A stretch of DNA of 64,000 nucleotides from Anolis carolinensis (taxonomy: Eukaryota): NCBI RefSeq assembly GCF_035594765.1, contig NC_085842.1:149991036-150055035 (forward strand), read 5' to 3'. The notes under the pieces are model-generated. The model did no database searches and was not told the origin of the DNA. It was given only the letters and a program-made list of their open reading frames with translations. This document shows, one piece after another, positions 1 through 12,800 of the stretch (its first letter is position 1; each line of letters starts with the position of its first letter). The position numbers were made by a program, and so were the translations under genes.

Positions 1-1914
1 CTTCATCATCATCTTACTTGAGGAGGTAGCTAGCTTTTCCCCTCAAGATTGTTACTAGGCTGCCATGGAGGCCTGGGGATATGCTGGAGTTCTGTAAAGT
101 GGCAGATGTTCCTTTTTCACAGCTGTGCATCTGGAGCTGAATGGTGCTTGACAACTTCTAGTCAATGATTGTCTTTAGGGGTATGGCATGCTCTTAGGCT
201 GTGCCTTGCAAAAGACTAATTGCACAAGGAAATAGTGACTACTTACTTACACAACAACCAAGAAAGTAAGTAGGGTTCTACCCGTGCTCCACAGTGTGCT
301 TAGTTTTATACTATGTATGTTTTTATTTTTTTAATGGATTTAAATTTTAGGTATAACTCGGTTAACTAAGCCTCTGACAAAGAAGTCTATTTAACGAAGT
401 CTTTTTAATGAGAGCCCAGCTCAATATCCTGTTGTCTGTTAGCTGGAAGTGTTCTGCAGCATTGGCACTGGGAAAATGGTAGAGGAAGGCTGTGGAAAGA
501 GAGACATTCAGTTTTGGGTTGCAATAGCATGCCTCCAGTAAAGGGGAAAGAATGGGATTCCATTTCAGCTGATCATACTGTAGCAGTATGCACTTATGTC
601 AAGCAGGGGAAGTAAACAGCTGCCTCCAGAGTTATTGTGCAAAGAGTAAAATAGAAAGAAGGGAATGGCAGATTAGCCTACCTCACCAGGTAACCTGGAA
701 TTTTAAAAAAAGCACAGATCTGTACATTTTGTCTCTAACTCATAAGAAAAGTACAGGCTGTTGAAAGGGGGGGGGGGAAGCCATCCTATAGAATGCATTT
801 TGGAAGGAGCTTTCAAGTAGCATCTAGAAAATTGAAGAAAAAAATAGTTATGCAAACTTTACCTGGTTGTTTAATTTCACACTTGCATATTGTCAGTTTT
901 GGATAAAAGGTTTGCAGAAATATATTGAACTGCTCTTCTTTTCTGTGATGTAGGATTTTTTTCCCATATTCTTTCCATCTTATTTATACATCAGACACCA
1001 AAGCTTCTGTTAAAGAATGAAAAGACTAGGAACATATTTATTTTGCTAACTGAGGTATATTAGTATTTGAATTCTTTTAAATGCCCTCAGCTTGTTTAAT
1101 TTTGGTTTATTCTCCATACATTCAGACTTGCTTCTTTTGATATACAGAAATATTTGTATTAATAAACAACATTTACTAATCTATCTTATTATTAAATAAT
1201 AATGAAACAAATGCATCCATTTTGACCTATTGAAGGAAAGACATGACAAAAGGGAAGAGACAGAACACTGCTAACATCCCCTTCTAGATCACTCATAGTG
1301 GCATCCACTCAAATGACTGGGTTTGTAAAAAATGGCCTTGTCCACTGGGCCACTGCACTGCGTCTGGAGCTCTGAAAATCAATCAAATGTATTTCATTGC
1401 TGGTGAGGGCTGGTGTTGGGTCCATGCAGCCGCTCAGTTGCTGACGCAGTAAGACTGTCACCAGTTAGAATTTTTACCGACCTCACCAGAATATTGTGCT
1501 CTTAGCCAGTTGACAGAGCTGGAAAAATCAAGATTGGGGATTTAGGGAAGGGGGACGTAGACAAAACATTCTTAATGTTGGAACACATTTCTCTTTTTTA
1601 GAGAGAAAAAGCAGGTTACAAATAACAAATACACATAGCTGGTATGATAGCTCTGCTAGGTAAAGATATTGCATGAGGATAGTGGGTTTTTTTTGGTGGC
1701 CTGCTACAGGAAGCTTTGGTCTTGTAATAGGAATGTGCAGCACTGAAGCATTATGGCACCCTTTTAGAGTAAATTTACTAAAACTATATATGTGGGTATG
1801 TATGTTGATATCCCAAAGAAAAGTCAGAGCATCTCTTCCTTTTCCAAGTATTCTGTGCCTACATTTCACCCAAAATATGGATAAAATAGGTATAGGAGAC
1901 CAGATTTCACAATA

Positions 1915-2277
1915 CAGGGAGTCCCCGAGTTGCAAACGCTCATAGCTAAGAACAAGGGTGAGACAACAAGAAGTGAGAGAAATCCTGAAAGAGTTATCAT
2001 GGAGAAAAGGTGTCTCTTTTAAAGCTGTACCCTCAATCATTGTTTTCACATCAAGCCAAATTTTTCATAACCCAGTTATCACAGGGACAGAAAGAGAGGT
2101 GAAATCTTCTGAACAGGGGCACCGACAGCAAAACAAACTCACCCCTATGTTATCTAAAGTTTTTATATATAGCTTAGGTGTTACACTTACAAAATGTACC
2201 TGTTCTGACTTACATACAAATTCAACATAAGAACTAACCTATAGAACCTATCTTGTTCGAAACTTGAGAACTGCCTG
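1915..2277. mobile_element. Decayed Tc1/mariner (Tigger-like) non-autonomous element
   Basis: TA|CAGGGAGTCCCCGAGTT... and ...AACTTGAGAACTGCCTG imperfect terminal inverted repeats. Confidence 0.5.
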
Positions 2278-4267
2278 CACAGTGGAACAATCCCTTTTGT
2301 AAATCAGTCATTTTACTTGTTCAGCGGCATGTTGCTAATTAGATCATTTTAAAGGCATTTTTTTCTTATGGGCTGAGAGGAGAAACATAAAAACCAGAAA
2401 TATCCTCTTTTTAAAGGGACTTTCCCTGTGAGTTCTGCCATGTGGATGATGGTATTTTGTTTTAAAAACCATTTGCTCATTGGAGTGCTTGGCTAGAACT
2501 CATACAGGAAAACAACATAGAACTTCATCATATGGAAGTTTTCCTTTGTTTCTGCCAGTTTCTACACACTTCAAAGACAGACTCCTACAAAGCTCATCAA
2601 ATGACACAGAACTGCTTCTGGTGGTTGCTCATTGGACTCTGTGTCTGGAGCGTGTAGAAACAGGAGGATTTCAAAGACTACAGAAATTGACTCCACTCCT
2701 TTTCCTGGGCATAGAAATGCTTAAAACTGGGTATTTTTGCTTGTGATGGGAAGTGGTAGATTTGTCTGATTACTTTGTGACATTTTGGTGTGGGCGTTCA
2801 TGTGGGCGGTCTACTATTACTCCTTCTGTTTCTATCAGTGGTTAAAAGATTGTGTGGGTACCACTGAAAGAAGTGTTTAAAAAAGTTTCCCTATCTCCTT
2901 TAGCATAGGGTTTAAGGGGAATGATCCCATGGAAAGTGGTGTTTCAAAAAGGATGCCTGTTTCAAAGGGTATGCTGGTATCCTTGAAATGGTTGAGCTAG
3001 AAAGGGAAAGAGGCGATCCTTTGTGATGGGGGCGAGTAAATTTACCATCTTAACCCCATGAGAGGGATATCTTTCACAGAGTGGCCCGTTCCCATGCCAA
3101 GGCCTAGGCTAGATGCCAAGGACACCAGTCTCCTAATGAAGTGTAGTGCAGCTAAAATTAACACATTTGTAGATCAGCCCACACTGGCTTGCTGGCCTTG
3201 TCCCAGAGCTTGTAATACACAGCTTGTTCGGGGGCATTGTTACATAAGAGCATGCGTTTATTGCTCATTTATAAACTGGAAATTGTGATCTTTAAATCTC
3301 TACCAACAAGCAGGTAACATAACAGTATTACTGTATTAATATTGCAAGGCATATAGTGAAGCAAATGAACTAAAGAAAAGAAAATAATCTATTGAGCATG
3401 GAACATTCCTAAGCTCATTTCCTGGGCATACAGGCTGTTGAACTCAATGGTGTTATTTCTAAGCAGTTCAAGTATGATTTCCATTTTGAATCTGAGGTCA
3501 GTGTCTTCCTAGTCCAAGCTGCTTCCACCACTGAATGTCATAAATCCCCTTTTCCAAACAACTGTGCTACCCCATTCCTAGAATAGATGCTGGATTCCAA
3601 ACAGGGCAGGACCAGAGTGTGTTTTCTTTGGCAGACAGAGAATTAATTTATATGTCTTGTGTCCAAATCTGAATTTATCTGTTTGTAGAACCATCCCAGC
3701 TTGCATCAATCAGGCTGTCTTGGCTTCTACCCACATTAGAGTCTGTATATGGCATCATAGTCACAAGACTCCATCAGGGCACATAAAAAGCATCCTAAGG
3801 TTAACTTTTCCCCTCATTGGTAGTCTGCATGTAGGTATGGTTTGCCTTTGTATATGAGAAGCAAGGCCCAACTATTTATTTATTTTATTGACTTTGTTTT
3901 ATATCCCGCCTTCTCTCCTTCATAGAGAGACACGGAGCGGCTGATAAATAGTGACCTGTTGATAAATTCACATCCACATTGCAAAGTAGGAAATGTTATT
4001 TTAAAAAAATGACAGCATCCAGAAGCACTCAGTCGAATTAAAGGATTTTGGTAGTCATAATCAGAATAATAACTTATTCTGGTTCTGTGGGAAGTTCATA
4101 ATTATTGTCCTTTTCCCTTTCCTCCCCCCCTCCTCTCTTCTTGCTTTCCTATTGTATTATTTCATTTTTGTATTGAGTGACCTTGGTGTGAGTATAATTG
4201 CTATGGCTTAGTGTACTGAAGCTGGGAAACTTCCTGGGACTTTCTCAATTTTTTTTACATGAGAACA

Positions 4268-4677
4268 AGCATGGTGTTGTGGTTTGAGTGTTGGTCTGCA
4301 GCAGCATTTGAATCCCTCCTTGGCCATTGAATCTCATTTGGTGATCTTGGCAAAGTCACACTCTCTCAGGGTTCAGCTACATTATAGAATGAATACCGTT
4401 TGACACCACTTTAACTGCCATGGCTCAATGCTATGTAATCCTGGGAGTTGTAATTTTTGAAGATTTTTAATCTTTTCTGCCAGAATGCTGTCCCTTACTA
4501 AACTAGAATTCCCAGGCTTCCATAGTGTTGAGCCATGACAGTTAAAGTGATGTCAAACTATATTCATTGTACAATGAAGATGCACCCAAAGCCTGAGAGG
4601 AAGGCAAAGGCAACCCCTGTCTTAACAATATTGTCAAGTTCACCATAGGGTCACCATAAGGTGGAAATGGCTTGAAT
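4268..4677 (+). mobile_element. tRNA-derived SINE with RTE-type tail, interrupted by a MITE
   Basis: A/B-box-like head (tggtgttgtggtt...atttgaatccc) and gtcaccataag...cttgaa tail; similar to 42656-42834. Confidence 0.6.
4369..4587. mobile_element. Palindromic MITE (probably PIF/Harbinger-like) nested in the SINE
   Basis: Long inverted arms (tttgacaccactttaactgccatggctcaa / ttgagccatgacagttaaagtgatgtcaaa), ends ...gatgcaccc. Confidence 0.65.
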
Positions 4678-4914
4678 TAATACCCATATGGCTATGTTTG
4701 CGCTGTGATGACTAGCAGGTGGTATGCAGAGAGGGAAGTGTCGTTTTTCTTCTCTGGCAAACTTTGAATAGTAGGGAAGCAGCACCAAACTTTTAAATGA
4801 CTAAGACTAACTGTTCAGACTCCTAATTTTGGACACTCCTGTGAAACTACTCATAAGCAATGTGTTTCTCTCTAGTCTGCAGAGGATCATGATGTTGCTT
4901 TTCACCCTCTAAGA

Positions 4915-5050
4915 CAGTGGTTCTCAACCTGTGGGTCCCCAGATGTTTTGGCCTTCAACTCCCAGAAATCTTAACAGTTGGTAAACTGGCTGGGATTTCT
5001 GGGAGTTGTAAGCTAAAAACATCTGGGGACCCACAGGTTGAGAACCACTG
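4915..5050. mobile_element. hAT (Charlie-type) palindromic MITE, 136 bp
   Basis: TIR CAGTGGTTCTCAACCTGTGGGTCCCCAG; perfect 8-bp TSD CTCTAAGA. Confidence 0.92.
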
Positions 5051-5692
5051 CTCTAAGAGTGGATCAGGATTGGAACACTGCTGCCTGTCCCTTTAAACAG
5101 TGGTTTCCATTCAGTGTCAAATTCCACAGTGAAAGAATAAAAAGAGACTAGGCTCCATGTGGCATGCAATAGTGAAACACATTTATTCTTCATAAAATAG
5201 GTTGGGCTTTTTAAAAATACTTTTTGACTATTGCATATAGCATGTGGAGCCTACTCCCCTTTCATTCTTTTGCTGTGATTACGTACTTTTTACTGCTTTG
5301 TTTTGTTCCTGTAAACTCCACAGCACCGGAATGCTTGGTAACCATACATCCCATTTTACAAAGAAAGGCATCCCTTAGTTCATTTGAAGGGCTGTCAGAA
5401 GACACTCTCGATATGAAGGATGGTCCAGTTTCAGGCCATTTTGAAGATCAAGGTCCTTCAGAAGCGACAGCTGCAAGGGACTTGAAACCACCGATCAACA
5501 GTTTGCATCTGTTGACAGTTTTGTGGAGAGTAAACTGTAAATGTGGAGTCAATATTGTTATCTGTTTATTTGTTTTATCTACAAGTACTGAAGAAAAAAA
5601 CCGAGCCTGAGTTTTAGGTCATAGGACTGGCAATTTTAAATAAATTGTCACTTAATTTAAAATAAATAAATAAAGATTTTGCATCTGTGCAT

Positions 5693-5736
5693 CACTCCAG
5701 AAGCGACTCAAGTTGCTCCTGACACGAAAAAAAAAA
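5693..5736 (+). mobile_element. 3' tail fragment of Anolis SINE2-type element
   Basis: actccagaagcgac...gttgctcctgacacg plus A-run; reverse complement of the 28537 copy end. Confidence 0.7.
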
Positions 5737-5836
5737 TCTGTGCAGTGGGTCACCTGGCCGCAGGATTCCACACCAGCTGAGGTTAATTGGCTTTCTATTG
5801 AAATTGCAATAATTGTTTCTAAATGTATATTTATGT

Positions 5837-6020
5837 AGGTAAAGGTAAAGGTTTTCGTAGACACCTCCAAGGTCATGTGGCCGGCATGACTGCATGGAGC
5901 GCCGTTACCTTCCTGCCGGAGCGGTACCTATTGATCTACTCACATTGGTATGTTTTCGAACTGCTAGGTTGGCAGGAGCTGGAGCAACAGCGGGCGCTCA
6001 CGCTGCTCCCCGGGTTTGAA
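5837..6020 (-). mobile_element. Sauria SINE, partial
   Basis: (aaaggt)n tail and gtcatgtggccggcatgactgcatggagcgccgttacc core; near-identical to the 14165 copy in reverse. Confidence 0.9.
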
Positions 6021-6119
6021 TGTACAGTCAATTCTTTAGTACCATGGGATGCATTAGATCAGGTATGGGGAAACCCAGTCTTGGGGGCTGGATGCGGCCC
6101 CTTGGGCTCTTTTCTCAGG

Positions 6120-6285
6120 CCCTCCTCTCTCTCACCATCCTATCCTTCCTTCCTTCTCCCTTTCCTTCCTTCCCTCCCTTCCTTACCTCCATCTTTCTTC
6201 TTCCTCCCATCCTCCCTCCCTCCCTCCATTCATTCCACTCTTCCTTCCATCCTTCTCTTCCTCCCTTTCTTCCTTCCTCCTTTCC
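6120..6285. repeat. Polypyrimidine (CCTT/CCT) low-complexity tract
   Basis: Almost pure C/T run of about 165 bp. Confidence 0.9.
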
Positions 6286-6329
6286 TACTGGGGGATGTTT
6301 AGCTGAGAGAAGAGAAGGTAGAGAAACAT

Positions 6330-6635
6330 GAGAAGCATGTTTCAAGATTTCAAAGGGAGTCCCATTCAGGAGGAGGGAGGGGGAAAACTGACCTTCTGCT
6401 GCTCTAGAGACCAGGGAACAATGGGTTCAAATGGCAGGAAAAGAGATTTGACTGAAAAGATGAGGAAGAACCTCCTGGAGAGTGGTATAGGCTGTCTTGG
6501 AGTGTAGTGGAGTCTCCTTCTCTGGAGGCTTTTCCGTAGAGGCTGTCTATTGGGAGTGCTTTAATTGTTCTTTCTTGCATTCAGGGGGTTGAACTGGATG
6601 GTCTTTGGAGGTCTCTTCCAACTCTAGGATTCTAG
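6330..6635 (+). mobile_element. CR1 LINE 3' end, degraded
   Basis: caggaaaagagattt...gtggagtctccttctctggagg...ggtctcttccaactctaggattcta. Confidence 0.8.
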
Positions 6636-6770
6636 GACTATATATCAGAACTATAAATCTTTCCTGTCCACCATCTTATCCTGATCAAGACCAAACCTTT
6701 TGGGATCCAAACGTTTTCCGTCTTTCCTTCACTTTCTGCCTCCGAAAGAGAAGCGGAAGGGGAGGAAAAG

Positions 6771-6898
6771 GCATCCAAGATTGAGACTCCACCACATTCC
6801 GAAGCAGTGTGTTCCACTGCCGAATAGCTCTTACCCTAAAGAAGTTCTCCCTAATACTTAGGTGGAATTTCTTTTCCTGTAGTTTAAATCTGTTGCTC
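6771..6898 (-). mobile_element. CR1 LINE fragment (end of ORF2)
   Basis: Translates as FKLQEKKFHLSIRENFFRVRAIRQWNTL, typical of the CR1 ORF2 C-terminus. Confidence 0.8.
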
Positions 6899-9800
6899 AT
6901 TCTTGATCTGTTTCTGTGTGTGTGCACCCATGTGTGCATACACACACACATACCAATAGAGGTATCCTGCTGCTTTCTAGGACATAAGAAAACTGGTTCC
7001 TTTGCTTTGCTTTTATCCCCCAGGCCATGAGAAAAATCCAGATGAACAGTTTGTATGTGCACACATAAACACACACACACGGCCACATTGTGTCAGATTA
7101 GCTCTGCATGAGCCAACAGCACACTCCCACTGGAACAAACTCCATGCCGCTTGTATAATTTGCAGCAATTGCGCTGGCTAACCACAAGAATTTGTTCTAC
7201 AAAAGGTCTGCAGGGAGGCGGGCCATTTCTGCCTAATTCCCTCCAGGTGCCACTCAAATTCTTCCCTCTGAAGTTCAGGTCCCATGAATTTATTTATTAT
7301 TTTAAAAAATGTACTTACTATTTATTCATTTTGGTGTGTGCAAGCACATCTTCTCTTAGATAGCTCCATATTTAGAACAGGTGTGAAAGTGATGAGTTTT
7401 ACTCAAAGGGCACATTAATTCTTTGCACATACACACTGCCACATTGTGTTGCAGATGCAATTTGTATAGTTAAGTTCCTTGGCCCTTAATTTCTTCATCA
7501 TCTCATTGAGACTGTACATACATGCTTTTTATGTATACATCCTAATACTGGTTAGCCAAAACATCATAAATGTGATAGGTCAAAATACAGTGGAGTGGGG
7601 CATGAATCAAAGTCTTACTTGTTTCAAGTCACAGATCTTCTTCAAAATCCAATTCAATTCCAACTTCCCATTTGTGTTCTTCCATTACATTTCCTCATTG
7701 TTTGCTATTTATTGTCAACTCTGCTTTTGAAATAATATCTAACTCCCAGAATCCTGACTCAGCATGGCCACTGGGGATCACAGTGCAGGCTTTGCGGTAA
7801 ATACACAGCTCTGTCCTCAAACTTCCCACCTTTGTGCTACTCACAGCAAGCTCCTTTTGCAGACTGGCTGCCATGTACAGAACCTGATACATTAAAGACA
7901 TACAAATATAGGTCTCCTCTAGTTTAAATAAAATGTAAATTTCTGAATATATTACATACTTCTGGATTAAGGTGAAACTCATTCTCTGTAGCAGAGAGAA
8001 GATAGATTTCATGATCTATGTATGTTCCCGTGTGCGAGTCAGAAGATTAATCCAATGACAAAAGGCAATATTTTGTTGAGACAACTTTTATGACCCTCCT
8101 TTCCTTTCCTTTCCTTTCCTTCCTTCCTTCTATGCTAGAAAAAAAACTGTATTGTACATGGCAAATGGCTGAAACATATGAACACTGTTCTTCAGAAGAT
8201 AAGGCAGTGGCATGCCTACATTGAAGATCTAGATTCTGCCATAACATGTGAATCTGATGGACTTAAATGTTACATTTTAATACATGGGGACTAAAGCTGT
8301 TAAGGGTAGGACATGCATTTCTGTCTTTATAAAATGGGAGGGAATCATACAAATCGAGGGGACTGGACCAATAAAAGATATAATGGGAAAGGGAGTATGA
8401 CTTTAGTCTAGGAATCTCAGTGGGGTGGATGCAAACAATAAGAAGGCAGGATTAGCTCCCCATCCATTCTTTAACATTTAAGACCTAGAAACCTCTTTTT
8501 TTCAAAACATGTTCAGGGAAACAGAAGACGTCAGGATGCTGAATACCGTGGTTCATGGCAATTTGAGCACTTGCACATCGTGACTATGGATAATTTGCAC
8601 ATAACCTCGGAGTCTGTGGGTCACCATATTGCTGAAAAGATGAGGGTGGGGACTGCTTGTGTTACATGAGCTGTTAAATAGACTTACTCTCTGGCTTACA
8701 ATAACCCTGGCCATGGCTATGATGCTCTTTTACATGATCACCAAAAGAGCCAGGGGCTGTGTGGGACAACAAATGAAGTTCTCAATGTCAGTCTTTTTTC
8801 TGCCTTGTTAGGGGCAGATGCCAGTGTTTCTTGCATGAATAATTAAGTCTGCCTCGTTCCCAATTGCTTTGCAATATTAAAAAATAATTGCCACCAGCCC
8901 CTCTTGTCACTGCTACCTGATGAAATGTCCTTTTTATTGATCAGAGTTGCTCTCAAATGCCATTATTCAGCTTCTCCCAACAGCTTACAGGAGGCCTCGT
9001 TTGTCTTGATCACAGAGCCAATTGTGTAGTTTTTGCCTGCTGGGAGCTGTCCCCACTTACCGAAATTTGCAGGGAATGAGTAACCTCCTCTTCCAGGGTT
9101 TAATAAGAACAGGTAGTACAGAAACTATAGTTTTAATGGCTCCATTCTCTCGCCTGTCTACAAGAGGAAAATTCCTCTGTGTTTCTACCCCTTTCCACCT
9201 GAAGAGATGGTCAGACTGGAAGCTTCCCCCACATTCCCAAGCATTGAGCTTTTAATGTCTGTGTGACAGAAATTCATCAAGAGAAACTGCCCACACCATG
9301 GTAATACACACAGTGGGGTGGGTGGATATCTGCTGTTGGATTTCAGTTTTCTATAGAGCAAAAAATGCAGCAGTCTTGTTACAAAAAGTATGGTGATCCT
9401 AGTAGATAGACCCAAAAAATCCAGAAAGGGGTCTTGCAACTCTACTTGGCTATCAGCAATTCTGTGAAACTGTCAAGTTTTTAGAGGAGGGACACCACAC
9501 TGAAACCAGGACATTTGCACCACGGCTTTCAAACAGTAATGGGGAAATGATCGACTCATAAAAGCTGGTGGACTAATATTCATATGCTGCTTTAAGAGTA
9601 TGAGTAGTGATGGCTGGCCTTTGGGGTTTGTAGGTTGGGTGGTTTACCATGGTGCCAAGCTGAGGGGGCCACTAAACAGAGCTGAATTAGTTCTGAAAGC
9701 AGAACAAGAAATCAGGAATAGCTTGTGCATGGTCCATTGCATAAATATTGCTAAAGAAAGGCTTAGGATAAGATCTGTTTCACTGCTATCTTTTGTAATT

Positions 9801-12800
9801 CTGCAAAACCAATACAATTTGGCAGCACAGTATTGTGGGAGGGGGGCATCTTGGCATATAGTCCTAGGGTAGACTGGCATTTTATCCCTGGCCTCCATGA
9901 AACAAGCCCCTCATCTCAATTCTTTATGTATCTAACTCCTCCCCTGAGCTTACCACATTGCTCAGCAGAGTTCATACTATTTTCATGAATAGGAATATGT
10001 GTGTGTGTGTGTGTATTAGCACATAGGATCACACCTTTTAAAATCTCAGCATATGAGACTCTTCCCAGCTATGGCAAAATAAATATTTACGTTGTTGCAT
10101 GTGAATCAAAGTTTATGCTAATTTGAATTTTATATGATTGTTGAAAGCATTGATATATGTTCATTCTGAAAAGAAAAGACTAAAGTAATTAATTTTGCTC
10201 CTTTACTTAGGCATAAGTTCTCTTTAAAATGTATCCTTGGGATACTAGTGGCACAGTTTTTGCTTATTAGCTAGACCTACATCCTAACTGCAAGAAAAAT
10301 ATGAAGGACATCTATCATTCTGCTGGATCAGAAAGCAAGGAGGAGTTGCAGGCAAAAATTTCTCCAGGCAGTTCAGGCATGCCATAATTCATCCATGGGA
10401 CCCACAGGTTTATATAAAAAGTAGGGGCCTGGGGTCACACTTCCCCCATGTGCCATAAACCAATGGTCACTAGGTCTCTCTTATAGTAAGGGAAGTCTCT
10501 TGTTTGCAGATTGAAAGGATTGCCCTTTATAGGACTGGCAGATGTCCTTATTTAAACTTCGAAAGGCTTCTACTTTTATATAGATTGAACAAAATGTCAC
10601 AAAATACTATATTGTAGGCTCTTCATAAATGAAAATATGTGCATCTGAGAGAGTTGAGCAGACAGACAACTCCAACATGCTCTGGCCCCAGTGCCTGATG
10701 AAAAGCCTTCCGTCCATCCCAGCTGCCACTGCCTTGGCCTCATTAACAGGAGAAACTGTGTCTGTGTCAGTATAACCAGGGCTGGCCCAAGGACACATAG
10801 AACCCTGGATGAGGAATGCATTTAGAAACCTCTTCCACTCTCTGCTTTGTGGGGCCACTCAATGGATTTATGTATGCAGAGGTGTATTTATCAGCTAAGT
10901 AAGACCAGATTAGCTCAAGAATCCCCTGCATCCGTATGAAGCTGCTCAATAATTAAGATTAATTTTAGAACAGCTATATTCCATCCTATCCTTACAAGAA
11001 ATTCGACAGTGGGAACAAATGTTGGATTCATTTTGTCAATGGAGTCAAAGCTACAGTATGTCCTCCTAGCAAAACCCCCTTCTCTCTGCTTTTAAGATCT
11101 ATTGGACATTTTTTTATTGTTTAGCAAGCTTTTGGTGCTTAATGATTTGCTGCTTTAAGACATTTGAAACTTTGCTGTTTTAAATTATGATTGTAATACT
11201 GAGTATTGTGTATTGTTCTCAGAAATATTACTTGTTTTTGATGTTATGACGTTTTAGAAGACATTTTGAAAGCCTTTTCAGAATATGAAACAAACACAAG
11301 AGCGACAAGAACAAAGCAAGTGATGCAGACATTCACAAAGTCAAAGGTGGCAATTAGAGGAGACCCAGAGGCTTTCTGGTCCTCCATTGGGTCAAAATGC
11401 TCATTTAATAATTAGGTAGGATTCTGAATTGTGAACTGACACATATAGGTAGCAGATCCTAATGCAAATTCATTGTGTGCTGAGAAAATTGGTAATGTGA
11501 ATCTCTTGTTTATGGCAACTTGAATCAATGACTAAAAGATGGAGAGGATGAATAGTGCATAGGAAACTTTCGTTTTGGTTCTAAATCACCACTTCATTTT
11601 TAAAAAATACAACATACTCTGAAACTCCTTTCAGAAGAAAAGCCTGAGCTGCTGACATCACATGAGGTACAAGCCATCAGAAATAACTTCAACTGGGCAG
11701 CAATGAATGCAAATTTAAATGACAGAGTAACCTGATGGGAACGTGAAAGATGAACTCTGTAGACAGAAGCAATTCTGAGGGAAAAGGGTTCTCAGTGCTA
11801 CTCTATACAGCTGTTAAAGGACTACTGTACTTTACAACAGCTGTTAGAGTATGCAAAAATGCAACAGCTGAATCTTTTAGGGGAACAAGAGACCTACTGC
11901 AGAAGATTTCTTAGAAACGCAGCATGCTGCATTAATGAGAGCTAAGAATAAAGTCCTTCCAAAGCACTGAACTTAAAGGGCTTGTGTCAGTTTCAACCCC
12001 AGCAGGAAGAGTAAGGGTCAAACGATGACGCTTTTGAAGTAGCCAAGATTATCCCAGGAGGAGAAACATAGGATCCTCTGTACTCTTTTTGAAAGACAGA
12101 CTTGTTCTTTGGATTATTGGATATCGCCCTTGCCTTAATCAGAAATTAGTAATAATGATGCAAGGATGGGAGATGCAAGTTACAGAGAGAATTAGGTTGA
12201 CTGGGAGGACACCGAAAAGGGAAAAGACAGATGTCAGATGTAAGTTGGACTACTGGGGGGTGAGGGATAGATGTGTTACAGGGCACCCTGTCAGTCTAAG
12301 GGAAGAACGACTGTGGCATGAAATACACCTCTGCGGCTATATATTCTTTGTCAGTGTTCTCTTTGTGAATGAAAGCACTCATGGATCTTTGCTTAAAGTG
12401 GGTCAAGAAATTAAAAATGGTAGCAAAGTCCATTTTGGATTCTATGTCAAGTCATGGGTTTGCAAGTCAAAACTGGTCCCACTCCACCTGGGGGGGGGGG
12501 GGGAGGCAGAGTCCCAATAGTAAACCTCAATGGGTGCCTTAAAGTTTCTTGTTTTACTATGCCCGCAGAATCAGGAAATCACCAAGAAGCATATTCGTTC
12601 ATAATACAGGTGGGATACATTCAGATTGGCAAGTCAGAAGTTGTTTAGATGACTTGTCCCGCATTACAAAAAGTGTTCTTAACATTATTCTGAACTATCT
12701 CAGTTGTGTCGCCATTTCTTGGTAACCTGTTCAGGAAGCTTGGTTGAAAGAATTCTTCTTGTAGTATAGTAGCCTACTTATTTTTCAGATAAAAACACTG

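Noticed and set aside
4704-4800. C/D snoRNA from a GTGATGA box (also at about 7389)
   Set aside because: No CTGA D box or terminal stem at the expected distance.
5823-6345. Overlapping 76-159 aa ORFs
   Set aside because: Artefacts of the Sauria SINE and the CT-rich tract.
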